Positions 30,803 to 42,350 of a DNA stretch of 64,000 bases are shown piece after piece. The stretch covers positions 288,001-352,000 of the forward strand of contig CAXWPH010000002.1 of the NCBI GenBank assembly GCA_963666055.2, in the 5' to 3' direction. Each line of letters starts with the position of its first letter. Position 1 is the stretch's first letter. A program made the translations under genes and the position numbers. Below the pieces are notes generated by a model. The model was not told the DNA's origin. It saw only the letters and a list, made by a program, of their open reading frames with translations, and ran no database searches. Origin of the DNA: Acidobacteriota bacterium. GTDB taxonomy: Bacteria; Acidobacteriota; UBA890; WLXD01.

Positions 30803-33325
30803 GTGATTGCTCCCTTCACGCCACCGAACACGCCCTCGTGCCGGCGCCGGGGGTGTGGCAGTTGCCGTGACGATGGCTACGGCATTGCCCGTGTCAGGCC
30901 GCCTTCCATCTGGCCCCCGTGCGGGAGCAAGGAGGATCAAGCTTCTTGGGTGCAGGCGCGGGCCGAGCCGAGCTCGGTGCGGCTGGTCGATGCCTTCGAC
31001 CGGGCAGTAATCACCGGCACCCCGACCACCCCACCCCCCGAGCCGGTAGTGTGGGATTTCAGCGCCGGCAGCGTACCGGGAGGCGGTGAGGCGGGTGTGC
31101 TGCTGGGCGCTCGCGTCATGCAGCAGATCGAAGGGCTGGCACTCCGCGACGGCGCACTCGTGGGGCGCACAACCGGCGAGCTGGGCTTCATTCACATCCC
31201 GGTGCCGAGCGACGCGCGGCTCGAAGGAGCGTTCCACGCCGCCGAGATCCGCCTTCGCGTGTCCGCAGGCACCACCTCCGGCTTCGACTTCGTCTTCGCC
31301 CCCGAGATCGATGACGATGAGGTGCTGCACGCCGCCCAGCAGAACCGCACCCTAGCGGTGATGGCCGATACGACTCCTGGCGACGAGGTCGAGACCCTGA
31401 CCCTCAGCCGCGGCATGGCCAACTTCATGGGCACGGTGTCGATGGGGGCGATCCACCACCTCGCAGTGCGGCCGAGCGACGTGGCCGACGCCGAGTTCGC
31501 CATCGAGTCGATCCGGCTGATCTCACGTCGCGAGCACCTGAGCATCATTCCCTCCGGCGTCTCCTGGCGGGGACTCGGCGAGGTCTACCGCGAGACCATC
31601 GTGTCGCGGGCACCCGAGACCATCCAGATCAACGTCGACGTTCCTAGCCGACCGTGGCTGGAGCTCAACCTCGGCACCATCGAGGACGGCCCGGTGACCT
31701 TCGTCGTCTCGGCTGGCGACGACACCCTGCTGCGACGCACGGTCAGCACGCCAGACCGATGGGAGAGCGTGCCGGTCGATCTGCAGCCCTACGCGGGACA
31801 AAGTGTCGAGCTGACGCTCGGCACCGTCGCCAATGCCGACGGAGCGATTGCCTACTGGGGCACGCCCGTGGTTCGGCAACGCGGCGATCGCGCCCGGGTA
31901 GTGGCCGCGAGCGAGGCCCGCAGTGAGCTGATCGGCAACGCCGACCCACCGCGCGGTGTGATCCTGATCCTCGCCGACACGTTGCGCCGCGACCGGCTTC
32001 CCTGGTACGGCGGGGCGCGCGACAACGCACCGAACCTGGCGGCACTGGCGGACGCCGGTACGGTCTTCACCAGCACCGTCTCCCAGGGCGCCTGGACCAA
32101 GGTCTCGGTGCCATCGATCTTGACGTCTCTCTACCCCAGCACGCACGGCATCACCGACATCATCCACCGGCTGCCCGCCTCGGTGACGACGCTCGAGGAG
32201 GTCTATCAGGCGGCCGGCTACGCGACGTTCCATACCTCGTCGGTGCCGTTTACCGGTCAGCTCACCAACCTTCACCAGGGTGCGGAGGTGCTCCACGAGT
32301 CGGCGTCGGTCGGAGATCTAGGCCACTCGACAGCGAAGACGGCGCGCACCTTTACCGACCGCCTGCTCGACTGGATCGACCTGCACTACGAGTCGCCCTT
32401 CTTCGTATTCCTGCACGTATTCGATCCGCACAGCCCGTTCGAGCCGTATGCGCCGTACGACACGCTTTACACCGACGACGGTGAGGGCGAGGCGCAGCGG
32501 CAGCGGATGGAGACGGTTCAAGAACACATCACCGACGACCACATGCGCGACGACGCCATGCCCACCACCGCCCAGCTGGCGGCGGCGGGGGTCGACCGCG
32601 ATGCCTTCGTCGACACCGAGCTCGACTGGTACGACGCCTCGATCAAGGCGATGGACGTGGAGGTCGGCCGGCTATTGCAGCGGCTGGAGGGTCTCGGGGT
32701 GGCCGACGACACCGTGATCGTCTTCATGAGTGATCACGGCGAGGCGTTTCTGGAGCACGGCAAGCACTTCCACGGCTGGGATGCCTATGGCGAGATGCTC
32801 AACGTGCCGCTGATGTTCTCGTGGCCCGGCCGCATCCCGGCGGCGCGCGATGATACGGTCGTCGAATCGATCAGCGTGTATCCGACGCTGCTCGAGCTCA
32901 GCCGCCTGGCGGTGCCCGAACAGGCGCAGGGGCAGAGCCTGTTGCCGCTCATGGCCCGTCCCGACGCGCCCACGGGGCTCGGCTGGATGCCTCGTCCGGC
33001 GTTCGCCGAACGCGCCTCGATCGACAGCGACGAGCCCCTGGACGACGAGGTCGAGCAGTTGGTGATCGTGGCCGACGGCTGGAAGCTGGTGCACAACACG
33101 ACGCGCCCCGACGGCAAGGCCGAGTTCGAGCTGTTCGACTACGTCAACGACCCGTTCGACCAGATCGACGTCGGTGCAGACAATCCGGAGATCGTCGCGC
33201 AGCTGTCGGAAGAGCTGGCCACGTGGCACGAGGGCGTGGTGGCAAACCGAATCGAACCCGACAGCGGCGAAGGGCTGACAGAAGCCGAGCGCGCCCGGCT
33301 GCGGGCCCTCGGGTACATTCAGTAG
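30803..33325 (+). CDS. Sulfatase-like (alkaline phosphatase superfamily) protein with N-terminal extension; 5' end uncertain
   Basis: ILADTLRRD, WTKVSVPSILTSLYP..HG, FDPHSPF, SDHGE, LRALGY motifs. Confidence 0.88.
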   Translation: MIAPFTPPNTPSCRRRGCGSCRDDGYGIARVRPPSIWPPCGSKEDQASWVQARAEPSSVRLVDAFDRAVITGTPTTPPPEPVVWDFSAGSVPGGGEAGVLLGARVMQQIEGLALRDGALVGRTTGELGFIHIPVPSDARLEGAFHAAEIRLRVSAGTTSGFDFVFAPEIDDDEVLHAAQQNRTLAVMADTTPGDEVETLTLSRGMANFMGTVSMGAIHHLAVRPSDVADAEFAIESIRLISRREHLSIIPSGVSWRGLGEVYRETIVSRAPETIQINVDVPSRPWLELNLGTIEDGPVTFVVSAGDDTLLRRTVSTPDRWESVPVDLQPYAGQSVELTLGTVANADGAIAYWGTPVVRQRGDRARVVAASEARSELIGNADPPRGVILILADTLRRDRLPWYGGARDNAPNLAALADAGTVFTSTVSQGAWTKVSVPSILTSLYPSTHGITDIIHRLPASVTTLEEVYQAAGYATFHTSSVPFTGQLTNLHQGAEVLHESASVGDLGHSTAKTARTFTDRLLDWIDLHYESPFFVFLHVFDPHSPFEPYAPYDTLYTDDGEGEAQRQRMETVQEHITDDHMRDDAMPTTAQLAAAGVDRDAFVDTELDWYDASIKAMDVEVGRLLQRLEGLGVADDTVIVFMSDHGEAFLEHGKHFHGWDAYGEMLNVPLMFSWPGRIPAARDDTVVESISVYPTLLELSRLAVPEQAQGQSLLPLMARPDAPTGLGWMPRPAFAERASIDSDEPLDDEVEQLVIVADGWKLVHNTTRPDGKAEFELFDYVNDPFDQIDVGADNPEIVAQLSEELATWHEGVVANRIEPDSGEGLTEAERARLRALGYIQ

Positions 33326-33425
33326 CGTCCACGCGCTGGCCTGATGCCCCCGCGCGCGGTGCACACGGCCGGACGAATGCAGCATTATGTAGACGCCGAT
33401 CCCTTTCTTCCGCGACGAGAGCATC

Positions 33426-33887
33426 ATGACCGACGTCACCACCGAAGAAACTCAGACCACTCTGCGCTCGGGTTCTGGCCACGACATCACGCCGCTGAGC
33501 GCCGAGCGCATCGCCGAGCTCGCCGAGAAACTCACCGACGAGGAGCGCCGGGTGCTGCTGCACGCCGGCACCGAGGCCCCCTTCTGCGGTGGGCTGCTCG
33601 ACAACAAGGAGACCGGCGTCTATGTGTGTCGGCTCTGTGGCCTGCCGTTGTATCGCTCGGCCACCAAGTTCGACTCCGGCACTGGGTGGCCGAGCTTCAA
33701 CGACCCCATCGACCCGGACCATGTCACCGAACACGCCGACTATAGCGGCGGCGGGATTCGCACCGAAATCCGTTGCGCCCGCTGCTCGGGTCATCTGGGG
33801 CATGTGTTCGACGACGGTCCGCCGCCCACGGGCAGGCGGCACTGCTTGAACTCGGAGTCGATGGAGTTCGTGCCAGACGACGCGTAG
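33426..33887 (+). CDS. msrB: Peptide-methionine (R)-S-oxide reductase
   Basis: GTEAPF, CRLC, KFDSGTGWPSF, HLGHVFDDGPPPTGRRHCLNS motifs. Confidence 0.97.
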   Translation: MTDVTTEETQTTLRSGSGHDITPLSAERIAELAEKLTDEERRVLLHAGTEAPFCGGLLDNKETGVYVCRLCGLPLYRSATKFDSGTGWPSFNDPIDPDHVTEHADYSGGGIRTEIRCARCSGHLGHVFDDGPPPTGRRHCLNSESMEFVPDDA

Positions 33888-34158
33888 CAGGCCGTGGTGG
33901 AAGTGTGGCGGGCCTGGCGACAGGGTCTTGCGAGGAGGAGGCAAGGAGAGAGGAGGAGGCGATGGCTGCCCCATCGTTGACGACGAGCGACGCAGCATAC
34001 GCGCGCAACCCCCTATCGCCCGGAGGGTTACGGCGATTTGGGGTCATCTGCGGCGTTGGCCCTCCTGGACGATGGCTGGAGCATCGCCGGCGTCAGGCCG
34101 CCTTCCATCTGACCCCAACTCGCCGTAACCAGGCCCGCCACACTTCCACCACGGCCTG
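33888..34158. mobile_element. 271-bp MITE/REPIN-like element, copy 2
   Basis: Same perfect 30-bp TIRs and length as 18030-18300; begins right after the msrB TAG and ends at CTAG. Confidence 0.9.
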
Positions 34159-34223
34159 CTAGCAGGCCGTGGATCGTTGCCCGTCCCGAGACACGGACTA
34201 CATTACCGACACCACCAGTACTG

Positions 34224-35537
34224 CTACTGAATGTAGCCTAGCGCCCGCAGCTGCCGCTCCAGCTCGGGCGACAGCTCCACCGCGTCGCCGGCGCGCTGGC
34301 GGCGGATCTCCCGCATCTGGCGCAGCAGCCGTCGCGCCGTTCGCGTTAGCTGTGCGTTATCGGGATCCCGGAGCGCGTTGAGCTCGCCTGGGTCGGTGCT
34401 GAGGTCGTAGATCGCCGGTGAGCGGGCGGTACGGTTAACCACCATCTTGTAGGGCCACTGCACGATCGCCTCGAGCTCGATGCCGTAGTAGTTGCTGCGA
34501 GCGTAAATCGGCCGCGCCGGTGGTGCTTCGCCGGCCAAGTAGGGCACCAGCGATCCGCCCGAAACCTGCGGCACCTCCAGTTGCGCCAGATCGAGCAACG
34601 TCGGCACGATATCCACGGTCGACACCGGCTCCTGGTGGCGTGCGGCTGGAACTCCAGGGCCCCAGAGAACCAGCGGCACACGCATCACCTCGTCGTGAAG
34701 GGACATACCGTGACCCTTGCGGAAGTGCTCGCCTGGGAACGCCTCGCCGTGGTCGGCGGTGAGTGCCACCCAGGTGGTCTCGTGCAGGTTGCGCTCGCGC
34801 AGCGACTCGAACAACCGTCCGATCTGCGCGTCGACCCAGAGGATTTCCTCGTCGTAGGCGGCCTTGATGAACTCCACATCCGCTGCCTGCTCCGCTGCTT
34901 CGCGACTCTCGATGGTGGCGAGAGTATCGCCATAGCGGTCGGCGAAGGCGTCGGTGAACACCCCGCGTGCTGGCTCCGGAGCGTTGAACTGGTGGTGTAC
35001 GTCGAACAGGTGTAGCAGGAGGAAGAACGGCCGCGACCGGTCGCGGCCGTCGAGCCACTCCAGACCGGCGTCGAGGCTCTCGTCTGCGAGGCGCAGCTCG
35101 GTCGCCGTCGCTTGTTCCAGGTCGTAATGGTCGAACCCTGTGGCCATGCCGAATATTGGATCGAGGAAGGAGACGTTCACCACAGCGCCGGTTTCGTATC
35201 CCGCTCCCGATAGGTACTGGGGCAGGGTGATGACCCCTTCGCGCAGCCGCCGATGAGCTGATGTGCCGGCCCCGTGGGCGTTTGGGTACAGCCCGGTGAG
35301 AATGCTGGCCATCCCCGGCAACGTCCACGATGAGGCCGAGTAAGCGTGCTCGAACACGCTACCGCTCGTCGACAGCTCGTCGATGCGCGGTGTCGTTTCC
35401 CGCTCGTACCCGTACAGGCTCATGTGGTCGGCGCGCAGGGTGTCGATGACCACGAGCACGATGCCGCCGGGTGGCGTTCGAGCGCAGCCGCCGGTTGCCA
35501 GCAGCAGACAGGACAGCAGGATCAGTGAGTTTTGCAT
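34224..35537 (-). CDS. Sulfatase-like lipoprotein
   Basis: Lipobox-like ATGGC; VIDTLRADH, WTLPGMASILTGLYP..HG, ADHGE, LRALGYIQ motifs. Confidence 0.9.
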   Translation of the reverse strand: MQNSLILLSCLLLATGGCARTPPGGIVLVVIDTLRADHMSLYGYERETTPRIDELSTSGSVFEHAYSASSWTLPGMASILTGLYPNAHGAGTSAHRRLREGVITLPQYLSGAGYETGAVVNVSFLDPIFGMATGFDHYDLEQATATELRLADESLDAGLEWLDGRDRSRPFFLLLHLFDVHHQFNAPEPARGVFTDAFADRYGDTLATIESREAAEQAADVEFIKAAYDEEILWVDAQIGRLFESLRERNLHETTWVALTADHGEAFPGEHFRKGHGMSLHDEVMRVPLVLWGPGVPAARHQEPVSTVDIVPTLLDLAQLEVPQVSGGSLVPYLAGEAPPARPIYARSNYYGIELEAIVQWPYKMVVNRTARSPAIYDLSTDPGELNALRDPDNAQLTRTARRLLRQMREIRRQRAGDAVELSPELERQLRALGYIQ

Positions 35538-35640
35538 TCGGGGGTCGGATCGCATCGGAGATGCGGTCATCGTGGGCGGGTGCCGCGAGGAACCATGAGT
35601 GTACCGCTTGGCCGCATGGCGCTCGCAACAGCGGCGGCGG

Positions 35641-37383
<1,743 letters not shown>

Positions 37384-37393
37384 GCAGGGGATC

Positions 37394-37426
37394 CTAGCAG
37401 GCCACGTTTCTACCACGGCCTGCTAG
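37394..37426. repeat. Internally deleted miniature of the 271-bp element
   Basis: CTAG-CAGGCC..TTTCTACCACGGCCTG-CTAG retains both element ends. Confidence 0.75.
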
Positions 37427-37682
37427 CGTGGAAAGAGAGCCGCGGAATATCCGCGAGGGGACTGTTGCGCTACCACTCTTGAGTTTGCTGTCGCTGTGGC
37501 GGAGGTTTCACCGCGGCTCGCGGTTGTAGAATTCCGCTTCCGGGTTCCGCTGCCCGGTCGGCCCCCCACCGGCACTCCGCCGCCCCGAGGCGCAATGAGT
37601 CCCCAGATCGAACGGACGCTGTCACGATGAGTACTGCGCCCAGGACGCCGCACGGGTCAGCGTCGCCGCCGAGCCCCGGTCG

Positions 37683-38837
37683 ATGAGCATCCGGCGCCCC
37701 CCCTACCAAATTCCGTTCAACCGTACGGCGCTGGCGGGCGCCGAGCTCGACAACATCGCCGCCGTCATCGAGGCGGGGCAAATCGTCGGCGACGGCGACT
37801 ACGGTCGACGATGCGAGCAGCTGCTCGAGAGCCTGCTCGGCGGCGGCCCCCGGGTGATGCTCACCACCTCGTGCACCCACGCGCTGGAGATGAGCGCGCT
37901 GCTGCTCAACGTGCAGCCGGGCGACGAGATCATCATGCCGTCGTTCACCTTCGTCTCCACCGCCAACGCCTTTGCCCTGCGCGGCGCCGTGCCGCGTTTC
38001 GTTGACATTCGCCCCGACACTCTCAACCTGGACGAGGCGAAGCTCGAGCCACTCGTTGGCCCGCGTACTCGTGCCATCGTTGCCGTGCACTACGGCGGTG
38101 TCGCTTGTGAGATGGACGCCATCGAGCAGATCGCCTTCCGCCACAGCCTCGATGTGATCGAAGACAATGCCCATGGCCTGCTGGGCGCCTTCAACGGCCA
38201 GCCCCTCGGCACCTTCGGGCGCCTCGCCACCCTGAGCTTTCACGCCACCAAGAATTTCACCTGCGGCGAGGGCGGGGCGCTCATCGTGAACGACCCGGAC
38301 CTGGTCGATCGCGCCGAGATTATCCGCGAGAAGGGCACCGACCGGGCGAGTTTCTTCCGCGGCGAGGTCGACAAGTACACCTGGGTCGATCTGGGCTCGA
38401 GCTACCCACCGTCGGAGATCCTGGCGGCGTTCCTGCTGGCGCAGTTGGAGGCGCACGAGCACGTCCAGTCAACCCGCCGCGCCATATGGCAACGCTACGA
38501 CTCTGCCCTGCGCGACTGGGCCACTGCCAACGACGTGCGCTTGCCCAGCGTGCCCGACAGCTGCGACCACGCCTACCACCTGTACTGGATCGTCATGCCC
38601 GAGCCGGAGCAACGCACCCGCCTCATCGAGCACCTTGGCGCCCTGGGCATCTTCGCCGTATTCCATTACCTTCCGCTCAACCTCTCGCCCATGGGCCGGC
38701 GCCTGGGCGGCAGGGAAGGGGACTGTCCGGTAGCCGAGTCGGTGGCCGACCGCCTGTTGCGGTTACCCTTCTACAACGACCTGTCGGAGTCCGATCAGCA
38801 AGCCGTAATCGAGTCGATTCTGGAGTTCGAGCTGTGA
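37683..38837 (+). CDS. wecE: dTDP-4-amino-4,6-dideoxygalactose transaminase
   Basis: TTSCTHALEM, PSFTFVSTANAF, SFHATKN, REKGTDR, GEVDKYTW, VFHYLPL motifs. Confidence 0.93.
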   Translation: MSIRRPPYQIPFNRTALAGAELDNIAAVIEAGQIVGDGDYGRRCEQLLESLLGGGPRVMLTTSCTHALEMSALLLNVQPGDEIIMPSFTFVSTANAFALRGAVPRFVDIRPDTLNLDEAKLEPLVGPRTRAIVAVHYGGVACEMDAIEQIAFRHSLDVIEDNAHGLLGAFNGQPLGTFGRLATLSFHATKNFTCGEGGALIVNDPDLVDRAEIIREKGTDRASFFRGEVDKYTWVDLGSSYPPSEILAAFLLAQLEAHEHVQSTRRAIWQRYDSALRDWATANDVRLPSVPDSCDHAYHLYWIVMPEPEQRTRLIEHLGALGIFAVFHYLPLNLSPMGRRLGGREGDCPVAESVADRLLRLPFYNDLSESDQQAVIESILEFEL

Positions 38838-38874
38838 GCCCCATTCATGAGCCGATCAGCGTAGGCGGTGCATC

Positions 38875-39591
38875 GTGAAGATCGAGCTGCTGCCCTGGGA
38901 CTCCGAGTTCTTCGGCTTCCGCATTGGTCGAGTGCACTCGCGCCAATTCAAGCCCGACGAGCTGCCCCGGCAGGCCAGCGAGCAGGGTTACCGCTGTCTG
39001 TACCTCACCTGCGGCATCTCCGACGGCGGCGCCCTCAAGGAGGCGGCCAGGGCCGGCTTCGCCCCCATCGACGTGCGCGTCACCCTCAAGGCGCGCCTCG
39101 ATCTGTCCACCCCGGAGCCCGAGGAGCACGCCGCGATCGACATCAGCCCGTACCGCCCCGAGGACATGCCCCACCTGATTGCCATCGCGCACGACCTCAG
39201 CGCCTACAGCCGTTTCAACCTCGACACCGGCTTCGAAGACGCCGCCGCCCTGCGCCTCTATGCCCGCCGCATCCAGGACTCCTGCGCCGGCCGCGCCGAG
39301 ATCACCCTGGTGGCCCGTCGCGACGGCATTCCGGTGGGCTTCGCCACCTGCACGGCCGCCGGCGCCACCTCGGGAGCATTAGAGATGGTCGGCGTGCGCG
39401 ACAGCGCCGCCGGCACCGGCATCGGCTCCGCCCTGGTGAAGGCGGCGCTACATCACCACCAGCAGGCCGGCCGGCCGAACGTGGTGGTCACGGTGCAGGG
39501 GCGCAACCCGAGAGCGCTGAACTTCTACCAGCGCAACCGGTTCCAGATCCGCGAGATGGAGCTGGTGTTCCACTGCTGGATCGAGCGCTAG
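38875..39591 (+). CDS. wecD: dTDP-fucosamine acetyltransferase-like GNAT protein
   Basis: LPWDSEFFG, YSRF, GTGIGSALV, N..ALNFY motifs; adjacent to wecE. Confidence 0.8.
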   Translation: MKIELLPWDSEFFGFRIGRVHSRQFKPDELPRQASEQGYRCLYLTCGISDGGALKEAARAGFAPIDVRVTLKARLDLSTPEPEEHAAIDISPYRPEDMPHLIAIAHDLSAYSRFNLDTGFEDAAALRLYARRIQDSCAGRAEITLVARRDGIPVGFATCTAAGATSGALEMVGVRDSAAGTGIGSALVKAALHHHQQAGRPNVVVTVQGRNPRALNFYQRNRFQIREMELVFHCWIER

Positions 39592-39790
39592 CGCAGCACC
39601 GAGACGGGCTCTCTTCCGAACCCGTGCGGAGTGGAGAGCACCCTGGAAGGGCTTGAGGCCACCGACGAGCCTCCATTGTTGTCGACTTCCCACACGCTAT
39701 CTTGTGACCTGTGTTCCGAACTGCTGGCGATCGCGCTCTTTCTCCGTGAGCATGCGGAGGTGTTCGCACCCGGCCCACAACAGGTCAATG

Positions 39791-39843
39791 GCTCGTCGGG
39801 CTCATAACCCGAAGGTCGCAGGTTCAAATCCTGCCCCCGCTAC
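39791..39843 (+). tRNA. 3' fragment of initiator tRNA-Met(CAT); att-site core, not a complete gene
   Basis: GCTCGTCGGGCTCATAACCCGAAGGTCGCAGGTTCAAATCCTGCCCCCGCTAC; the 5' acceptor strand and D-arm start are absent. Confidence 0.88.
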
Positions 39844-39862
39844 TTGGTTAAAGCCCGTAGAT

Positions 39863-41110
39863 TCAGTCGCTTACGGCGACCGGTCGGCGGGATTTTTCTT
39901 GCGGCTGAGATTCGGAGGGTGCCACAGTGGGTGCCACAAGTGCCGGGTTGACGCCGATCTCCACGTCGGGAAGAACGTGCCCGTACACGTCGGCGGTGGT
40001 CTGAATCGAGGCGTGCCCGATCAATCTGGATACGGTGAACAGCGGCACTCCCGCTCTCAGCCAGCTCGTCACTCGGGTGTGCCGGAAGCCATGGAAGCCG
40101 TGGTCTGGCACCTTTGCCCTGCGCACCAGCCGCTTCCACGTCCGGTGCCGGAGGTTGTCCGATTCGAGCGGCCCACCATGCGGGGATTGCACGACCCACG
40201 CCCCATTCTCGCGACCCTCGGAAAGTGCACGACGTTCTTGCGTCGTTCGCAGTGCCATGAGGCGTGACGCCAATGCTGGGGCGATAGGCACGACACGATG
40301 TCGACGCCCTTTCGTGCTGGTTTCCTCCCCGCGCACGCGAGCGCGCTGCACGAGCACTTCACCGCGTTCCAGATCCAGATCGTCCCAACGAAGCCCGACT
40401 GCCTCGCCGATGCGCAAACCGGTCGCTGCGAGCAGCTCAAAGAGCAGGATTTGATCGTCTGACTCGCTTAGCTTATGCGCCGCATCGAGCAACCGCTGCA
40501 ACTGGTCAGGCGTCCATGCCTTGGGTGGCCGGCGCTCAACGCGCACACGCGGCAAGACATCACGGGTGCCCTTGATCGGGTTGATCTCAAGGTACTCATC
40601 GGTGACCGCAGACGACAGCATCGACGACAAAGCTCGATGCAGGTTCTTCACGGTCTTGGTCGATAAGCCGTCCCGGCGTGCCTTGTCGGCGAGCCACACC
40701 CGAACGTGCCGCCGCTTGATGTCGGTCAGCGGCAAGTCGCCGAACTCCGGCAGCAGGTGGTTGCGCAGGATCGACTCGTAGTTCTGCCGGGTCGATTTCT
40801 TCCAGCCCCAGCCATGGGCGCTGTTCTCGTTGATCCAGAGTGCCGCGTACTGCCGAACGGTCGGGGCGGTCTGGGAAGCGATGCTCGGATCTAGCTGGAC
40901 GGCAACCTGGCGGAGCGTAGCTCGCAGGTCATGTGCTGACGTGCTCGTGGCCTCGGCGATGGCGAGCTTCCGCTCGATCTCGGCGGCGACGAGCTGGGCA
41001 GCGCGTTTGCTCCGACCGACCCGGACGGAGGTGCGAAGCTGCCTGCCCTTGCGCACAAAGACCCACCAGATTCTGGAGCCGCGTTGCTTCTCGCGAACGG
41101 TGACGCCCAT
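39863..41110 (-). CDS. Phage/island tyrosine integrase
   Basis: N-terminal arm-binding-like domain, SAM-like core, TGLRIGE, HGFRHT, LIGHAS..TADVYGH. Confidence 0.96.
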   Translation of the reverse strand: MGVTVREKQRGSRIWWVFVRKGRQLRTSVRVGRSKRAAQLVAAEIERKLAIAEATSTSAHDLRATLRQVAVQLDPSIASQTAPTVRQYAALWINENSAHGWGWKKSTRQNYESILRNHLLPEFGDLPLTDIKRRHVRVWLADKARRDGLSTKTVKNLHRALSSMLSSAVTDEYLEINPIKGTRDVLPRVRVERRPPKAWTPDQLQRLLDAAHKLSESDDQILLFELLAATGLRIGEAVGLRWDDLDLERGEVLVQRARVRGEETSTKGRRHRVVPIAPALASRLMALRTTQERRALSEGRENGAWVVQSPHGGPLESDNLRHRTWKRLVRRAKVPDHGFHGFRHTRVTSWLRAGVPLFTVSRLIGHASIQTTADVYGHVLPDVEIGVNPALVAPTVAPSESQPQEKSRRPVAVSD

Positions 41111-41112
41111 TG

Positions 41113-41445
41113 CTACCCCCCAGAACTGCCGAGCCGCCGGAGAACATCCCCCGCAATGCGTTCAGCCTGTCTCGCGTCATTGACCGGCTCATACCAGTCG
41201 ATCACGTCACCCCACTTTACGCGGAGATCACCGGCACCGGGAGGGCGGTAGGCAGGCAGTGGGTTCACGTCGCGGCTGATCCAGCGATGAACCGTAGCGG
41301 GGTCGACGCCGAGAGCTGTCGCCGTTTCAACCACGGACAGCATCGCGTCACGGTGTACGGCAGTGCGGTCGCCCGAAACGGCGCTCGCGAGAAGGGCCAC
41401 GTTGCGGGCAAGCTCGCGGACGGTCGCGTCCGGGTGACTATTCAT
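41113..41445 (-). CDS. Excisionase-like HTH DNA-binding protein
   Basis: MLSVVETATALGVDPATVHRWI HTH, directly upstream of the integrase. Confidence 0.8.
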   Translation of the reverse strand: MNSHPDATVRELARNVALLASAVSGDRTAVHRDAMLSVVETATALGVDPATVHRWISRDVNPLPAYRPPGAGDLRVKWGDVIDWYEPVNDARQAERIAGDVLRRLGSSGG

Positions 41446-41571
41446 ACCACCCGTCCCGTCGCGGCGAGAGGCTCCTCGAAGTTCACCTCGTGGCCGAATG
41501 GGTGGCCGACTGTTCCAGCGTTCCGCCTGTTCCACCCCCCCAGAGACAGAAGACGGAACAGGCAGGCGCGC

Positions 41572-41967
41572 CTAGTCACCGTCCTCCTCCTTGGCTTCCT
41601 TTGCGGCAGCGCGAGTGATGGCAACCCTTGCGCACTGCTCCCACCGCTGAAGCTCTTCATGGAATTGCGCATCGTCGTCAGGCGATTGCCGCGCAGAGAG
41701 CCAGAGATGTTCTACAGCGGCTTCGCTCGCTCGCACCTCTTGAGTGATCCAAGAGTCGGGCTGACCAGCTTGTTGGAAGACGCTCTGAAGCCTGGCCCAG
41801 GAGAGCGAGGCCGCAGAAGCTCGCCTTTGTTCCAGTTGGTCCTTACCTAGCCTGGCGGTGCCGCCACTGGCTCCATCCGGGTGGGCGCTTTGGTCGATTC
41901 TGTCCAGAACTCGCCGCGCTAGTTCTTTCAGCGATTGCGACTCGCTCGCTGCTTCTGTGTGCTTCAT
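41572..41967 (-). CDS. Hypothetical island/phage protein
   Basis: 131-aa ORF co-oriented with xis-int. Confidence 0.55.
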   Translation of the reverse strand: MKHTEAASESQSLKELARRVLDRIDQSAHPDGASGGTARLGKDQLEQRRASAASLSWARLQSVFQQAGQPDSWITQEVRASEAAVEHLWLSARQSPDDDAQFHEELQRWEQCARVAITRAAAKEAKEEDGD

Positions 41968-41975
41968 GTGACTGG

Positions 41976-42350
41976 GTGGTGCCGGCGCTCAATGCAATCG
42001 CGGGCGTGCGCTGCCAGAACCCCAAAGGGGCCTTTTACGTCTTCCCGAACGTCGCCGGTGCTTGCGAGCGTCTGGGGGTCTTCGACGCGTTCGAAGCGCT
42101 GCCCGAGGTCACTCGCCAGCAGACCAGCCCCTCCGGGATGCTGCAGATGTTTCTCCTCTACCGCTACGGTGTGGCGACAATGGACCGCGACTCCTTCGGT
42201 GCCGTCGGTGCTGCCGGGCAGCATTTCCTGCGCCTGTCGATCGCGGCCGGCCTCGACCGGATAGAGGAGGGCGTGCGGCGCATGGCCGCAGCGCTCGACG
42301 ACCGCGAGGGCTTCGCCGCCTTCCTCGACGAGGAGCGGCTGTGGCAGTAG
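41976..42350 (+). pseudogene. C-terminal fragment of a class I/II PLP aminotransferase
   Basis: LNAIAGVRCQNPKGAFYVFPNV and HFLRLS motifs; N-terminal part missing. Confidence 0.82.

Noticed and set aside
39750-39846. Complete tRNA-Met gene
   Set aside because: No 5' acceptor strand able to pair with CCCCGC at the expected distance; only a 3' fragment is present.
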